A stretch of DNA of 63,323 nucleotides, filler included, from Salisapilia sapeloensis CBS 127946 (lineage: Eukaryota > Protista > Oomycota), in NCBI GenBank assembly GCA_023334545.1. It is 6 parts of 6 records of this genome, joined end to end, with 100 filler letters (N's around TTAATTAATTAA, not from the genome) between each part and the next. Parts side by side here need not be neighbours in the genome. Positions count along the whole stretch, not along the records: positions 1 to 11,921 come from JAADVB010000422.1; positions 12,022 to 22,350 come from JAADVB010000446.1; positions 22,451 to 47,539 come from JAADVB010000255.1; 3 more parts are not named here. The stretch is one strand, 5' to 3'. Below the pieces are notes generated by a model. That model did no database searches, was not told where the DNA came from, and saw only the letters and a list, made by a program, of their open reading frames with translations. The position numbers were made by a program, and so were the translations under genes. The number at the start of each line of letters is the position of its first letter. Position 1 is the stretch's first letter. Shown here one piece after another: positions 11,787 to 23,147 of the stretch.

Positions 11787-11921
11787 TTATCCTGTGATGA
11801 CTCGTACGGTGCCGAGGGACGCGATGGTGTGTGCAAAGTCGTGGGAAGGCTGCTTGATGAACATGAGGTTGCGCGGCTGGTTGTACGTCTTGGAGAGCCA
11901 CTCGACCATGGCGGGGCCGAA
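11787..11921 (-). CDS. C-terminal fragment of an oomycete APC-family amino acid permease (rest lost in gap)
   Basis: FGPAMVEWLSKTYNQPRNLMFIKQPSHDFAHTIASLGTVRVITG* resembles the conserved tail of oomycete APC permeases; strong GC3 codon bias. Confidence 0.65.
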   Translation of the reverse strand, partial: FGPAMVEWLSKTYNQPRNLMFIKQPSHDFAHTIASLGTVRVITG

Positions 11922-12021
11922 NNNNNNNNNNNNNNNNNNNNNNNNNNNNNNNNNNNNNNNNNNNNTTAATTAATTAANNNNNNNNNNNNNNNNNNNNNNN
12001 NNNNNNNNNNNNNNNNNNNNN
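11922..12021. other. Assembly gap with artificial TTAATTAATTAA linker
   Basis: 100-nt N run with a central 12-mer that gives stops in all six frames. Confidence 0.97.
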
Positions 12022-12315
12022 CACCGTGTCATGAAGACGATCGGCCGCAGCATTTCGATCGTGAACATGCACCGAGGTTTCTGCATGGAGCTCGCGTCGA
12101 CCGTCACGGTCATCATCGCGTCACTGCTCAAGCTCCCGGTGTCCACGACGCACTGTCAAGTAGGTGCGGTCATCTTTGTGAGTATGGTAGCTCTTGGGCC
12201 GAAGAAGGTTTCGTTCGGCATGGCTGGTAAGATCGTGGCTGCTTGGGTGTTCACGCTTCCGATTGCCGGTCTTGTGGCGGCTGCCTTTGGCGCTCTCTTC
12301 AAGCTCGCGATCTAA
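12022..12315 (+). CDS. C-terminal fragment of a PiT/PHO4-family inorganic phosphate transporter (5' part in gap)
   Basis: RGFCMELASTVTVIIAS..LPVSTTHCQVGAV and KIVAAWVFTLPIAG are PiT signature motifs. Confidence 0.92.
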   Translation, partial: HRVMKTIGRSISIVNMHRGFCMELASTVTVIIASLLKLPVSTTHCQVGAVIFVSMVALGPKKVSFGMAGKIVAAWVFTLPIAGLVAAAFGALFKLAI

Positions 12316-13256
12316 GAACCTGCTTCCTCTACCAATTGAGTAGAAGCGAAAGCTGCATGGACACCAGTCCCAAGTTTTTGCTGCATCTAACACCGAATAA
12401 TACATGTATTGGACCGTTCGATGTATTTTTTTAAATCCAAGTATAACTTGGCGTAGTTTGGATCCACGCACTTTTCATCGTTTCCAATCATCATTTGGTC
12501 CTATGTAGCTCCCAAAGAAGAGTTCCTTGTTTGGATCTTGATGTCATCGTTGTCTCCTCTTCAGGTCCTGTTGAGTACATTGGGCAATAGGTCGTAATTT
12601 CAACTATCTAGACTCGCTTTTGTTCAAATATAGCCTTATAGAGGATAAACCGATTGCACTCTGCTGCTGAAAGCAAGCTAGCAAAAAGTGATAGTAAAAG
12701 ATTATCTTTTCCAAAACGAAAGGAAGTTCCATCTCGTGGATGAGTGGGCACTTTAAATCATGCGATCGAAATGACTTGACTTAGTCTAATGCATATTCGT
12801 TGCTTTCATCAGCCAAGAACTGTACAATGTATAGAGAACTTAAGAAGCATCATCGAACTAGCATTAATTAATGACATATTCTTACCGTTGAAGCCTACAT
12901 GTATGGACATTCGCTAGCTTGTGACAATATATACTGGTAATTTGCGCTATGTGCTTTTGCCACTGGGCTTACAATGAGCCATTAATTTATATATGTGCTT
13001 TCCATGTTTGGATACTGCTTGGAACGTACCGTGAGCTTCCTCGTCTACAGTTTTGCGACTGTATTATAATTCCTTGTATGGAAAGCATAATGGTACGACA
13101 TTGACTGACTTTAGTCACTACACTGGCATTTAAGCTCTTCTACCCACTCCCTATCTTAACCACGCGCCGAACTTTTGCTACCCGGCATCTCACATCCAAT
13201 TTTGCTTTAAAGCGCAGGTCTACTGCTGCAAGGTTTGTAATTTCAAACTCGGATCA

Positions 13257-14576
13257 ATGCTTAGCGCCCTCAAACTAGTCACTCTCATCACACTCGGTGT
13301 CTTTGTATGTGAGGCTGAAGCTAAGACGAAGGGTGCCTTTGTCCACTACATGGTGGGCGGTCTGACGCAGGACCAAGCCTACACGGATGTAGACAATGCC
13401 ATTGCCATGGGTGTCGATGCATTTGCACTTAACGTGATGAACACCGATCACTACACACATACGTACGTCGAGTACCTGTTCAAAGCCGCTGCTGACCGTG
13501 GCTTTAAGATCTTTTTCTCGTGGGACATGCATCGGCTCGGCTCACCGTCAGACACCATTGACCTTATGACGACGTATGCCAAGAATGATGCGTACTACTA
13601 CCACGAGGGCACTCCAGTATCGAGCACATTCTACGGTGGGAAGATCAGTAATAGTCAGTGGCAACGCGATTACATCGACAAACTTGGCGAGGCTGGTATT
13701 GAAACGTACTTCATTCCATCCTTTGACGACGTGGATGTCCAGGAAAGTTTCTTCGAGACGTACCCCGTCGCAAGTGGGACGATGTGCTGGGAATGTGCGT
13801 GGTCAGAGGTTTCACACAAAGAAGGTTTTGTGGGGGAAGTTGGAACGTCTCAAGATGAGGTCTTTATGTCACAGACCACAGACAATGACAAGTCCTACAT
13901 GATGGCCATGTCTCCTATCCAGTACAAGCACATGAAAGACGGTGGTAACTGGTATCGAGCTGGCGGAGACAATCTTGGTCTTCGAATGGAGCAGGCACTG
14001 GAGAAGCAACCGGACTTTGTCGAGATCATCTCGTGGAACGATGCTGGCGAAGGACACTACATTGGTGACATCTGGCCGTATACAGTGGACACGAGTCCAG
14101 AAATTCAGGCGTACACAGACGGTATGCCCCATTATGGCTTTCGAAATGCTCTCGCACCTTTCGTCGCGGGGATTAAAGATGGTGCGGAAACGTTGACCAG
14201 TCTTCGTCCGCAGAATGACAATGGCGTTCAAGGAGCTTTCTGGTACCAAACTCTACTCAACGCTGGTGACTGTAGTATGGATAAATTGGGCAAGCCGGAT
14301 GGGTACCAGGCCGCAACGGATGTGGTGAACGTCATAGTAACGCTGGCGGAGTCTGGTGCCACTGTGACCGTGTATAGCGGCGGTGAAGTAATTGGGTCGG
14401 AGTCTGCTACTCAAGGCCTCAACCACTGGTCTTTTGAAGGTCTCCGAGTTGGTGAAGTGCATGTAGATGTGACCACAAACGATGGATCGTTTTTGGCCAG
14501 CACTACCGGCGAAGCACAAGTGTCAGACTCCATGGACTTGTGCAATTACAATGTGGTGGCGTACAATCTCGGCTAG
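13257..14576 (+). CDS. Secreted glycoside hydrolase family 71 alpha-1,3-glucanase (mutanase); intronless
   Basis: Signal peptide; FVHYMVG, GVDAFALN, FKIFFSWD, YMMAMSP and FVEIISWNDAGEGHYIG motifs of GH71; C-terminal beta-sandwich. Confidence 0.9.
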   Translation: MLSALKLVTLITLGVFVCEAEAKTKGAFVHYMVGGLTQDQAYTDVDNAIAMGVDAFALNVMNTDHYTHTYVEYLFKAAADRGFKIFFSWDMHRLGSPSDTIDLMTTYAKNDAYYYHEGTPVSSTFYGGKISNSQWQRDYIDKLGEAGIETYFIPSFDDVDVQESFFETYPVASGTMCWECAWSEVSHKEGFVGEVGTSQDEVFMSQTTDNDKSYMMAMSPIQYKHMKDGGNWYRAGGDNLGLRMEQALEKQPDFVEIISWNDAGEGHYIGDIWPYTVDTSPEIQAYTDGMPHYGFRNALAPFVAGIKDGAETLTSLRPQNDNGVQGAFWYQTLLNAGDCSMDKLGKPDGYQAATDVVNVIVTLAESGATVTVYSGGEVIGSESATQGLNHWSFEGLRVGEVHVDVTTNDGSFLASTTGEAQVSDSMDLCNYNVVAYNLG

Positions 14577-14750
14577 CTGTCTTGAAAGTCTATCCGTAAC
14601 GTTTCAACGTACCAAAAGGTTTGGTGTCCTCTCTAGACTAAGTGCCTTGTCGACGGCTGCATATTACATAAACTCAATCGAGACAAAATTTGAAAGAAAG
14701 TAGCTTTGTTGGTTCAGTAGTAGTAAAAAGTGCTACCGTCAAAAGGCACC

Positions 14751-16732
14751 TCAAGCTTCCTGCTCTTGCTCCTCGTCAATCTTGAGACTGGCGATGGAAA
14801 AGTGGTCCTTGACCATCTTGACGAACGTATTCACTTTCTCCGTGTCTTTCACACCCTTCCGTCCACTCACTTCCACACCGCTGCTGACGTCGACACCAAG
14901 AGGAGACGCAACCGAGATCGCCTTGCTCACGTTCTCACTCGACAGTCCGCCAGCCATGAGGCACGGCATCATCGATTGACGGAAGAGACACGCCACCGTC
15001 CAGTCGAATGTCGTGCCGGTACCACCCTTCTGGCCCTTGAGACTCGTGTCCAAGAGCAAAAAGTTAGCATACCCTCCTTCAATGTGGCGCAGAATGGCTT
15101 CCGCGTCCACACCATCGAGCTCCGTCGAGTCGGGTAGATGCACGACTCGAATCGTCGGCGTCTCGATCTCACCACAGATGCTGAAACCTTCATCGCCGTG
15201 GAGCTGGACGAGGTCAAGTCCCACTTCCGCTGCCATCTCGTTCATGAACTCGGCAGACTCGTCCATGAAGACGCCAGCAACGAGGGGAGAGCGACTACAG
15301 GCCTCCTTCAGGGCGTTGGCACCCTTCTGGAACCAATCACTGACCGTCGGCTGGACTCCTCCGACCTTTTCTTCCGGCGAAGCATGCACATACTCGTCTT
15401 TGACCTGATGGCACTCTTCCAGGAAGGTCGGGAGGATGTAGTTGGATCTCTCTCCGTAGCGCTTCACGGCGTCTGCAATCTCCTTCGCGACTGCGTTGGA
15501 GACGTGACGAGGAGATCCCTTGACGAAAATCATACCGATAATGTCTGCGCCGGCACGTAGAGCTGTTTGTGCATCCTCCACAGACGTGACGCCACAAACT
15601 TTGACGATCGGCGGCTGGGTCACGTCCGACGTGTGGAAGGAGCCTTGGGACGCACGAGATCGCCTAGTGACGAAAAGCCTGTTGACGAAAGACCCCACGT
15701 CCTGTTTCATGAGCGCTTCGCCGATGAGCACGCCATGCGCGCCGCACTTTTCAAACCGCTGGATGTCATTACGGGAGTGGACACCGGAGAGAGCGAGGAC
15801 AGTGACACCGTCCGGACCGGTGGAGACGTGCGGCTTGCCTCGAAGTGCATCCATGACCTTGACTGTCGTCGTCAAGTCCAGCTGGAACGTACGCAGATCA
15901 CGGTTGTTCACACCAATGAGTCTAGAAGTATAGATTAATACCATCCACACGATACACTGATTCATGCATTATTGACGTACTTGGCACCAGCATCGAGAGC
16001 GATGTCGAGCTCTTCCACACAGTTCACTTCCACCAGTGGACACAGGTTTAGTCGCTCGCATGCAGCAATGAGAGCCGACAGTTCCTCTGGCGTAAGGATA
16101 GCGACAATCAAAAGCACGCAGTCGGCGCCATGCGCTCGGGCCTCCAGCAGCTGATACTCGTCAATGATAAAATCCTTACGGAGAATACCAGGGCGGTTCT
16201 CGCCGTACGTGAGCATTTGCTCACGAGCCGAAGACATGTCTTCCAGCGAGCCCTTGAACCACTTTGGCTCGGTCAATACAGACATGAGACTCGCTCCAGC
16301 GTCCGCATACAGCTTTGCTTGATCTATAGAATAAGTAGAGCCGAGTCGATTAGCTTGAAAATAACAAACGCACATAGAATCGAGATGCAAGAGGTACCTT
16401 TGACCGAGATGTGGGACGCAATATCACCTTTGCTCGGGCTCGCACGCTTGAACTCTGCTGCCAGTGCCATTTGCAACCATCCCTGTGGCTATTTGAGGCA
16501 GACAGATAGCATTAATTACTTGTACGAGTATGTGTGGACACAGAAGGAGGATTTGATTCTCGGAATAGCAACGTACCGGAGTAGCGTGGAGACGCTTGAT
16601 AACATCGATGTTGGACCCATACTTTGCCTCGCTCTCAGAGATAAGCTTCTCTAGCTCTTCCGGGGGTGTTGTCTGCTTGGACGCAGCGACGTCCTTGCGT
16701 CGCTGCTCCGTGATCTCTTCCAGAAAACCCAT
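14751..16732 (-). CDS. TRP1: Bifunctional indole-3-glycerol-phosphate synthase / phosphoribosylanthranilate isomerase; multi-exon
   Basis: MGFLEEITEQRRKDV; spliced AAEFKRASPSKG; SVLTEPKWFKG; LRKDFIIDEYQL; IGVNNRDLRTF; then the PRAI part VKVCGVT, LVQLHGDE, LLDT...GGTG and GVDVSSGVE. Confidence 0.95.
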
Positions 16733-17812
16733 TTTTTACTTGTGTTTCTAATTTTTCGCTCAATTGGTACATGTTGAAGCTGTAGAAAATCATTTTACTA
16801 CCAGCAAAGCCTTCGGAAAGAGATTCGGAAAGTATAAGCATTGTGGCTGTGGAGTATGGCAGGAAGAGTACGAGGGTCTAGAATATGGAGGAGTGAGCTA
16901 TGTGCACTTGTATGATCGAAAGTAGATAATTTTAAAAATGGTCCTCTACGTGTGGATACATTGTCGTTTACTGCCGCAAGAAACGCTTGTGCAATGCCAA
17001 TACATCGAAACGAAAACATAAAGACAGGCTAGTATTTGTATTCGAATTGGTTTGCTACCAGTTGTAAAAGGTTTAAGCATGCTGCCTTTTGCGGTCCCAT
17101 GGACGGTGGTCAGTCCTGACGAATCCAACTGATGTTCATGCTTGACTGGAAAGACGAAGTTTCTCCATCTCAAGCTTTACCTATAGAAACTTTAATATCA
17201 TTGCTAGTTCGTTCTTAGAAAATGTAATCCGTTAGCGGAATGGTATCTATGGTACCACTAGTGCTAATTTTGTTTCCAGCTGCGTTGTATGTGAGACTTC
17301 AGCATCAGTTCCATACTTTCGTTCGCTAAACTTGATCTTAAGTATCTTTGACTGACTGCATGTGTATAGAAATAACAACATGATGATCTAATTCGTCGTC
17401 AAGATTATCACTAGAACTCCATAGCTAGCTATCAAAACACCACCATGGACACCTACGCAATTGCATAGTCCCTACAGAGCTGCGTTGACTCCGAGGACAT
17501 AAACACACGAAGATTGGCAGGAAGAGATCGATGAGCAATTCATTTTACTCTTAAATGGTTTAGATACCATACCAGTGTCTCTGCTGGGAGAAAACTCGGG
17601 TCTCAACTCGTTATGAGGATAGAGTTGACAAATTGCTTTAGTAAATGATGAAACCCGATTAAGATTCGTAGATCATGGATCATCTGAGAAGGGAAAGAGC
17701 CTACCATTCTAAACAAAAAGCTCGTTCGGACTGCAAAAACATCCAACCCAGCTATACTACTAAAACACCATGAAATGCTACATTGTAATGACTAATCTAC
17801 TACCTATTATTC

Positions 17813-18619
17813 TTATGCCTGTGTGCTCTTTCTAAATCTGGCCCGGTAGATGCTACCTCCTTCCTGACGCACTGCAAGCTCTCGATCGGTTGGCTGGTTG
17901 AATAAATTGTGATCACCTTCGTCACAACTAGCAAATGACTTTGAGTCGCTAAAGACTTCGACCATGTCTTCGTGCAGTTCCTCCACATCTGTTTGCAAGT
18001 CGACAACCGTATCATGAGGCAGGTGATCACCTAGATCTTTGACAAACGACGGCACTACAAGCCGACGTTTGTGATGCTTCTTTTTAAACCAAGGATCTGG
18101 ATGATAGATAGAGACGCTGTGGACAATTGATGGGAGAGCGGGTAAAAGTAGAGGCAGCTGGAAGTTGAAATTCGCATGGACAAATGCGAGATTCTGGATA
18201 TCTGTCTTCTTTAAATCATGAAGAGCAGCTTGAACCACGTTGTCTCGGATTTCGATGCCGAGGAAGTTGAGCGACGTTGCATGTTTTGGGGCTAAATCGA
18301 GCAAGTATTTACCTCGGGCACACCTGTATGAAGTTGAATCAGTATCTGATAGCTATATGTTTACTTTCGCAATGTAAACGTACCCAATATCTATATGAAT
18401 GGGTAACGACGGGTCTTTAAAGAGCGTATTCCAGTCAGGAATGACCATGGGCTCACGAAATCGACTCTGAAGTGGATTCACGTGCTGCCGTACTCGTCTT
18501 GAAGACTTACTTGTCGAGTATTCATGGTCCCTAACATTCTTATTAATAGAATACCATCTAAGTCGAACGGAACGCTGTGTTTGAGGGCGATAAAGTCGAA
18601 GTAGATGTGGTAGAACCAT
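17813..18619 (-). CDS. trmB: tRNA (guanine-N7)-methyltransferase, bacterial/organellar TrmB type, with N-terminal targeting peptide; 2 exons
   Basis: RVRQHVNPL, spliced IHIDIGCARGKYL, FLGIEIR and HPDPWFKKKHHKRRL. Confidence 0.92.
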
Positions 18620-18747
18620 TTTGGTGGTTTGTGTCCAAATAGCTTGTCAATCAGCACGTGATTGGCAGTAAAAGGATGGTCAAACTCGGATTGGCTTAAA
18701 AGCTGTCAACACATCCTGAAGTACATCCTTGGACTGATTACTTCGCC

Positions 18748-19923
18748 ATGGACGCGTGGCTGGACATTATTAACGCAAGTGGCGCCGGAAGGACAGCCCC
18801 AGTGACCTCTCTGGACTTTTCGACTGTCGGACTGCAGCAAACACTGCATAATGGCTTTGAAATGTGGTGGTTGGCAGGATTGCCATTGGCACTCGCTTGT
18901 GGGCTGACGCTACTGAGCCTCTCACTCTTTTCGACGCTGCACAAGCTTCAGCAATCGTTTGTGCGAAGATTATTTGAAGGAAAGTCTTCGACAAAGCTAA
19001 ATGAAGGGCTCAAAGCATGTTATTAGGACGAGTAGGTACGTTGATAGGTACTAACTGTTCATATTGGTAGATTCCTCGGCATATAGCAGTGATTATGGAT
19101 GGAAATCGTCGATATGGCAAGAACAGATATGGGACTGGAATCAAAGGTCACGCAGATGGAAGCAGAACGCTTGTGAATTTTGTGGATTGGTGTCAAGCCG
19201 CCGGTGTCGAAGCTCTGACTGTCTACGCTTTCTCTACAGGTACACATAATCATAGTATTCAACTATTTTTTCAAGTGCTCATGCATCGTAGAGAACTGGA
19301 ATAGGGACCAAAAGGAGATTGATGCATTGATGAATCTGTTTAAGGAGTTTATGCATCGCATCATACCTGAAGCACTGCGTCGTAATATTCGAGTCCAAGT
19401 ACTGACATCGGACAGCGAACGCTTTTCGAGTGACATCATGGAAGCCATTGATAGCATTGAATCGCAAACTGCTCATTGCACTGCTTTCCGACTCAACATT
19501 TGTGCCAGGTAGATTCTTTCTTATGTACTCATAAGAATGTAGAGTGACATTTGAAATAGCTATGGATCCCGAAGTGAGATTGTGCGAGCCTGCCAAAGGA
19601 TCACGCAGGATGTCGTGGATGGAAACACAGCAATCGATCAGATCGATGAAAACCTATTTTCTCAAAAACTACTCACGAAGTTCGTACTAATTCTCGAACT
19701 ATCCTCTTTTCGCATGCTAATTGGCTATTTCTAAAGGGACTTGCCCGAACCAGAGCTTTTACTTCGCACCTCTGGCGAACAGCGACTGAGCAACTTTTTA
19801 CTGTATCAAGCAGCATACGCAGAGCTTATTTTTGTACCGAAGAACTGGCCAGAGTTTACGCAAGATGATCTAACGACAGTCTTTCGAGAGTTTACTCGGC
19901 GCAAGCGACGTTTTGGAAAATAG
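18748..19923 (+). CDS. cis-prenyltransferase (undecaprenyl/dehydrodolichyl diphosphate synthase family) with an N-terminal TM segment; multi-exon
   Basis: [57 protein letters not shown] and RKRRFGK*; start could instead be the downstream MWWLAG. Confidence 0.92.
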
Positions 19924-20011
19924 AAAAATAGCCGCATAAGGAGGAAAAAATGGAAATATGCCCTTCTTCCAACACTGAGTTTCACTATTTAGACAACCAC
20001 CTGGACACGGG

Positions 20012-21481
20012 ATGGCGAGTACGGCGAACGGCTCGGCGGCCACGCCATCGGTCAAGGCCAAGTTCTGTTTAAACTGTCAGAAGGACCTCACACGCAACAT
20101 CCGAATCACCTGCGCCGAGTGCTCATCTCACGACAAGGCGCCGGTGGAGCTGTGTGTCGAATGCTTTGGCACCGGGACCGAGTTCGGGGACCATAAGAAG
20201 ACCCACGCGTATCGCGTTTCCGACTGTCTGCAGTATCCTCTCGTGCGCGAGAATCCTCTCGTTTCGAAAGGAGATGAAAATGAGAACAAGGACAAAAAGG
20301 ACATGGCCATGGCTGGCGACTGGACTGCCGAAGAAGAGCTTTTGCTCTTAGAAGCACTCGAGATGTTCGGCATGGGCAACTGGAAGGATGTAGCAGAGCA
20401 CGTAGGCTCCAAATCGGATAAAAAGTGCGAGAGACATTATATGCAGGCATACCTTCGTCACGCAGACTTGATGCCACGCTTCCTACAGGACGATTTATCT
20501 CTTGAGGAAGAAAAGTTGGAGGTTGGAAGTGAAAAAGTCAAGGAAGAGGAAGGCAAAGAGGAGCAGGAGACTGTTGGCGAGAAGAGAGGGAAGCGAGGTC
20601 GACCGAGTAAGAAGATGGGGCCCGACGGTGTGCAGGTGAAGGCGCATCCGGGGAGCGAACTCGCAGGGTACATGCCTCTTCGAGGAGACTTTGACGTCGA
20701 ACCGGACAATGACGCGGAGCTAATCTTGGGCGACATGGAGTTCTCGAGCGACGACCATCCGAGCGAGAGGGCACTGAAGCTCAAGGTCGTGCACATCTAT
20801 AACCAAAAGCTGGATGAACGCGCCAAGCGAAAGAAGTTTGTCGTCGAACGAGGGCTGCTCGACTACAAGAAGCACCAGGCTATGGAGCGTCGGAAGACCA
20901 AGGATGAGCGGGAAATTGGCGCCCAGATGAGACCGTTTGCTCGCTTCCAGTCGCCAGAAGAGCACGAGCAGTTCGTCTCTGGTCTCGTGAAGGCGCTGCG
21001 ACTGCGTAAACAGATCTCTTTGCTGCAAGAGTACCGGAAGAACGGGGTGCGAACGCTCGAGGAAGCAGAGCTGTATGACGCAGAGAAGAAGAAGCGAGAG
21101 ATGGACCAGGCGCTGGCTAAAGAGAGGGAGAGCGCTGCGTATTTGTATAGAGGTAAGGAGGCGAGGGAGATGGACGCTGCGCCTGGCGCGCACTTGCTGA
21201 CAAATAAGGAGAAGGAGGTGTGCGAGAAGCTGACGCTCTTGCCCAAGCACTACTTGGTGATTAAGGACGCGCTGGTGAGAGAGTGCTATCGGCTGGGGTA
21301 CTTGAGTCGAGAGAACGCGACGGAAATGGTGAAGATTGATGCGGAGAAGACGAATCACCTGTATGACTTTTTCGTCAAGTGTGGATGGGTCTACACATCT
21401 GCTGGAACGTCGAATGAAGGTACTTTGGATCCTTTTAATCTTTACAATATCTGTGCTAAGCATGCCTGTAGGAAAGAGTGA
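20012..21481 (+). CDS. ADA2: Transcriptional adapter ADA2 (ZZ zinc finger, SANT, SWIRM)
   Basis: ZZ Cys/His pattern; WTAEEELLLLEALEMFGMGNWKDVAEHVG; GYMPLRGDFDVEPDNDAE; C-terminal SWIRM. Confidence 0.95.
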   Translation: MASTANGSAATPSVKAKFCLNCQKDLTRNIRITCAECSSHDKAPVELCVECFGTGTEFGDHKKTHAYRVSDCLQYPLVRENPLVSKGDENENKDKKDMAMAGDWTAEEELLLLEALEMFGMGNWKDVAEHVGSKSDKKCERHYMQAYLRHADLMPRFLQDDLSLEEEKLEVGSEKVKEEEGKEEQETVGEKRGKRGRPSKKMGPDGVQVKAHPGSELAGYMPLRGDFDVEPDNDAELILGDMEFSSDDHPSERALKLKVVHIYNQKLDERAKRKKFVVERGLLDYKKHQAMERRKTKDEREIGAQMRPFARFQSPEEHEQFVSGLVKALRLRKQISLLQEYRKNGVRTLEEAELYDAEKKKREMDQALAKERESAAYLYRGKEAREMDAAPGAHLLTNKEKEVCEKLTLLPKHYLVIKDALVRECYRLGYLSRENATEMVKIDAEKTNHLYDFFVKCGWVYTSAGTSNEGTLDPFNLYNICAKHACRKE

Positions 21482-22239
21482 CGGAGTGGAGGGAAAGGAA
21501 ACGAGTCCGAAGAGAAAAGCGGACCAAATTAGTTCCGAAGCTTGACTTTCTGGGCGACAGTGTAGTGATCGGCTATGGGATCGAGCAAATATACTTTGTG
21601 TTTGCATTAGCATTTACCACACGAGATGAACTATAAGGTTATGATTGCTCTCGGGTGTCTCGTGGTGAAAACGTCGCTAGATGACACTGCAGATAGAGCG
21701 ATAGTATGTCACTTGTCTAGAGCTCTTGTTCGCTCGGGATAAGTTTACAGTAGTAATCGAGTGAATCGTCATTCCTGTTGTAGATGAAGTACATGTCTGA
21801 AATCATTGGAAACGCTACACAATCAGAAATGCACTTGACAATCCTCGTAGATATCTCTTCTGAACGACGTCGAATGTAGTAAAGGTGTTCCATACTGACA
21901 CGACTACCATCAAACGAACCGATCACATTTGTTCATCTGCTTCCTATTACTAGTCCCTAGCTCTGCTCATAGCTAGAGTAGCGCCTATACGTTGACCTAA
22001 CGCTCCTCTGACAAGCTCTCGCACCTCAACTCTCAATCTAATAGATACCTCTTTCGATCTTTCTCAACAGAGGTAGCCAAGAAAATTTCAATGTAGCTCC
22101 AGTCTCCTAGCAGCCAAAGTCTAGACAGTAGCATTACCACCTCCAGTTACTACTTCACGACAAGGGTTCATAGCATCAGTACATCTCCTTCGGGAGAAGC
22201 AGCTATCCGAACCCTTCGCGTCTATTCTTCTGATAGAGT

Positions 22240-23021
22240 CTATGTTTTCGCTTCGGATTTCGCACTTGGTTGGAGTATGGGCGAAGGCGCCTGGGACGGC
22301 GTCGGTGGCCAGTGGCGGGCATAGCGAAAGCAAGTGAGTTGGGTCGAGCGNNNNNNNNNNNNNNNNNNNNNNNNNNNNNNNNNNNNNNNNNNNNTTAATT
22401 AATTAANNNNNNNNNNNNNNNNNNNNNNNNNNNNNNNNNNNNNNNNNNNNAAACGATATTTCAGTCATCGTGTATTCATGCAAACAAATTTCTATTCTTG
22501 CTTACTTTTGATGATGCTGCTGGGTTCATTTTGACACAGTGACATTTTGCCTTCAAATAGTACCCTGATTCCTTAGCTCCTTCGATTATGGCCATGATAT
22601 ATGGAGACTGATGGGAACTGGAGGGAAATCCAAATTTTGTGACTATTGTCGATATGGCTGCTGCCCGTGTACTTTGATTTTATTAATGTCTGGTACAGAA
22701 GGGGAAATCTTATGCACATCATTGCTTCAGGTTTTCATTCAAGACGAGATTAGAATAGCTTATGCACTTTGGCAACCTAAAATTATAGATCGAGCTGCAT
22801 CGAGATCGAGCGTCTGAATAATAGCCTTGTTCAGCTGTTTTGATGGCTAACGTGGATGACTTTGCTTGAAGTAGATCTTCAAAGAGCAGAGATACCTTTA
22901 AATATGACCAAGTACTCGCAGAACCTTCTTTCTTTCCTTAGCACGAAAGAGTCACCGCCGACACGCTATGCTTTATACGATACCTCGAACTTTTAAAGTC
23001 CTTGTTGTCGCCCAAAGCCAT
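22240..23021 (-). CDS. Possible multi-exon gene of unknown function spanning the 22351-22450 gap
   Basis: Putative first exon MALGDNKDFKSSR followed by a GTATCG donor, divergent from the PHO84-like gene; GC-rich open frame ending PSAKSEAKT* on the other side of the gap; exon chain not resolved. Confidence 0.25.
22351..22450. other. Assembly gap with artificial linker
   Basis: N run containing TTAATTAATTAA. Confidence 0.97.
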
Positions 23022-23147
23022 ATAACTTTTCCACTCTGCATCTCGAATCGAATCTATGCTTTATTTCGACCAATCGAATGATGCTTGGACATCCTAATTC
23101 GACCTGATTCCACGATCCTCTCGTTCCCCGTCTTACCTCGGTGCTAG

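Noticed and set aside
11966-11977. TTAATTAATTAA repeated in all five gaps as a possible biological repeat or CRISPR-like array
   Set aside because: It is always centred in a 100-nt N run and gives stops in all six frames: an assembly linker. ORF-track entries running into the Ns (11718, 56204) are artefacts.
17645-17690. C/D-box snoRNA-like ATGATGA...CTGA
   Set aside because: The boxes are only about 32 nt apart, with no terminal stem and no recognisable rRNA guide.
20720-21613. 297-aa antisense ORF opposite ADA2 (similar ones lie opposite trpCF, PPR, NDUFV1 and GH5)
   Set aside because: Shadow ORFs expected from GC3-biased sense codons; no recognisable motifs.
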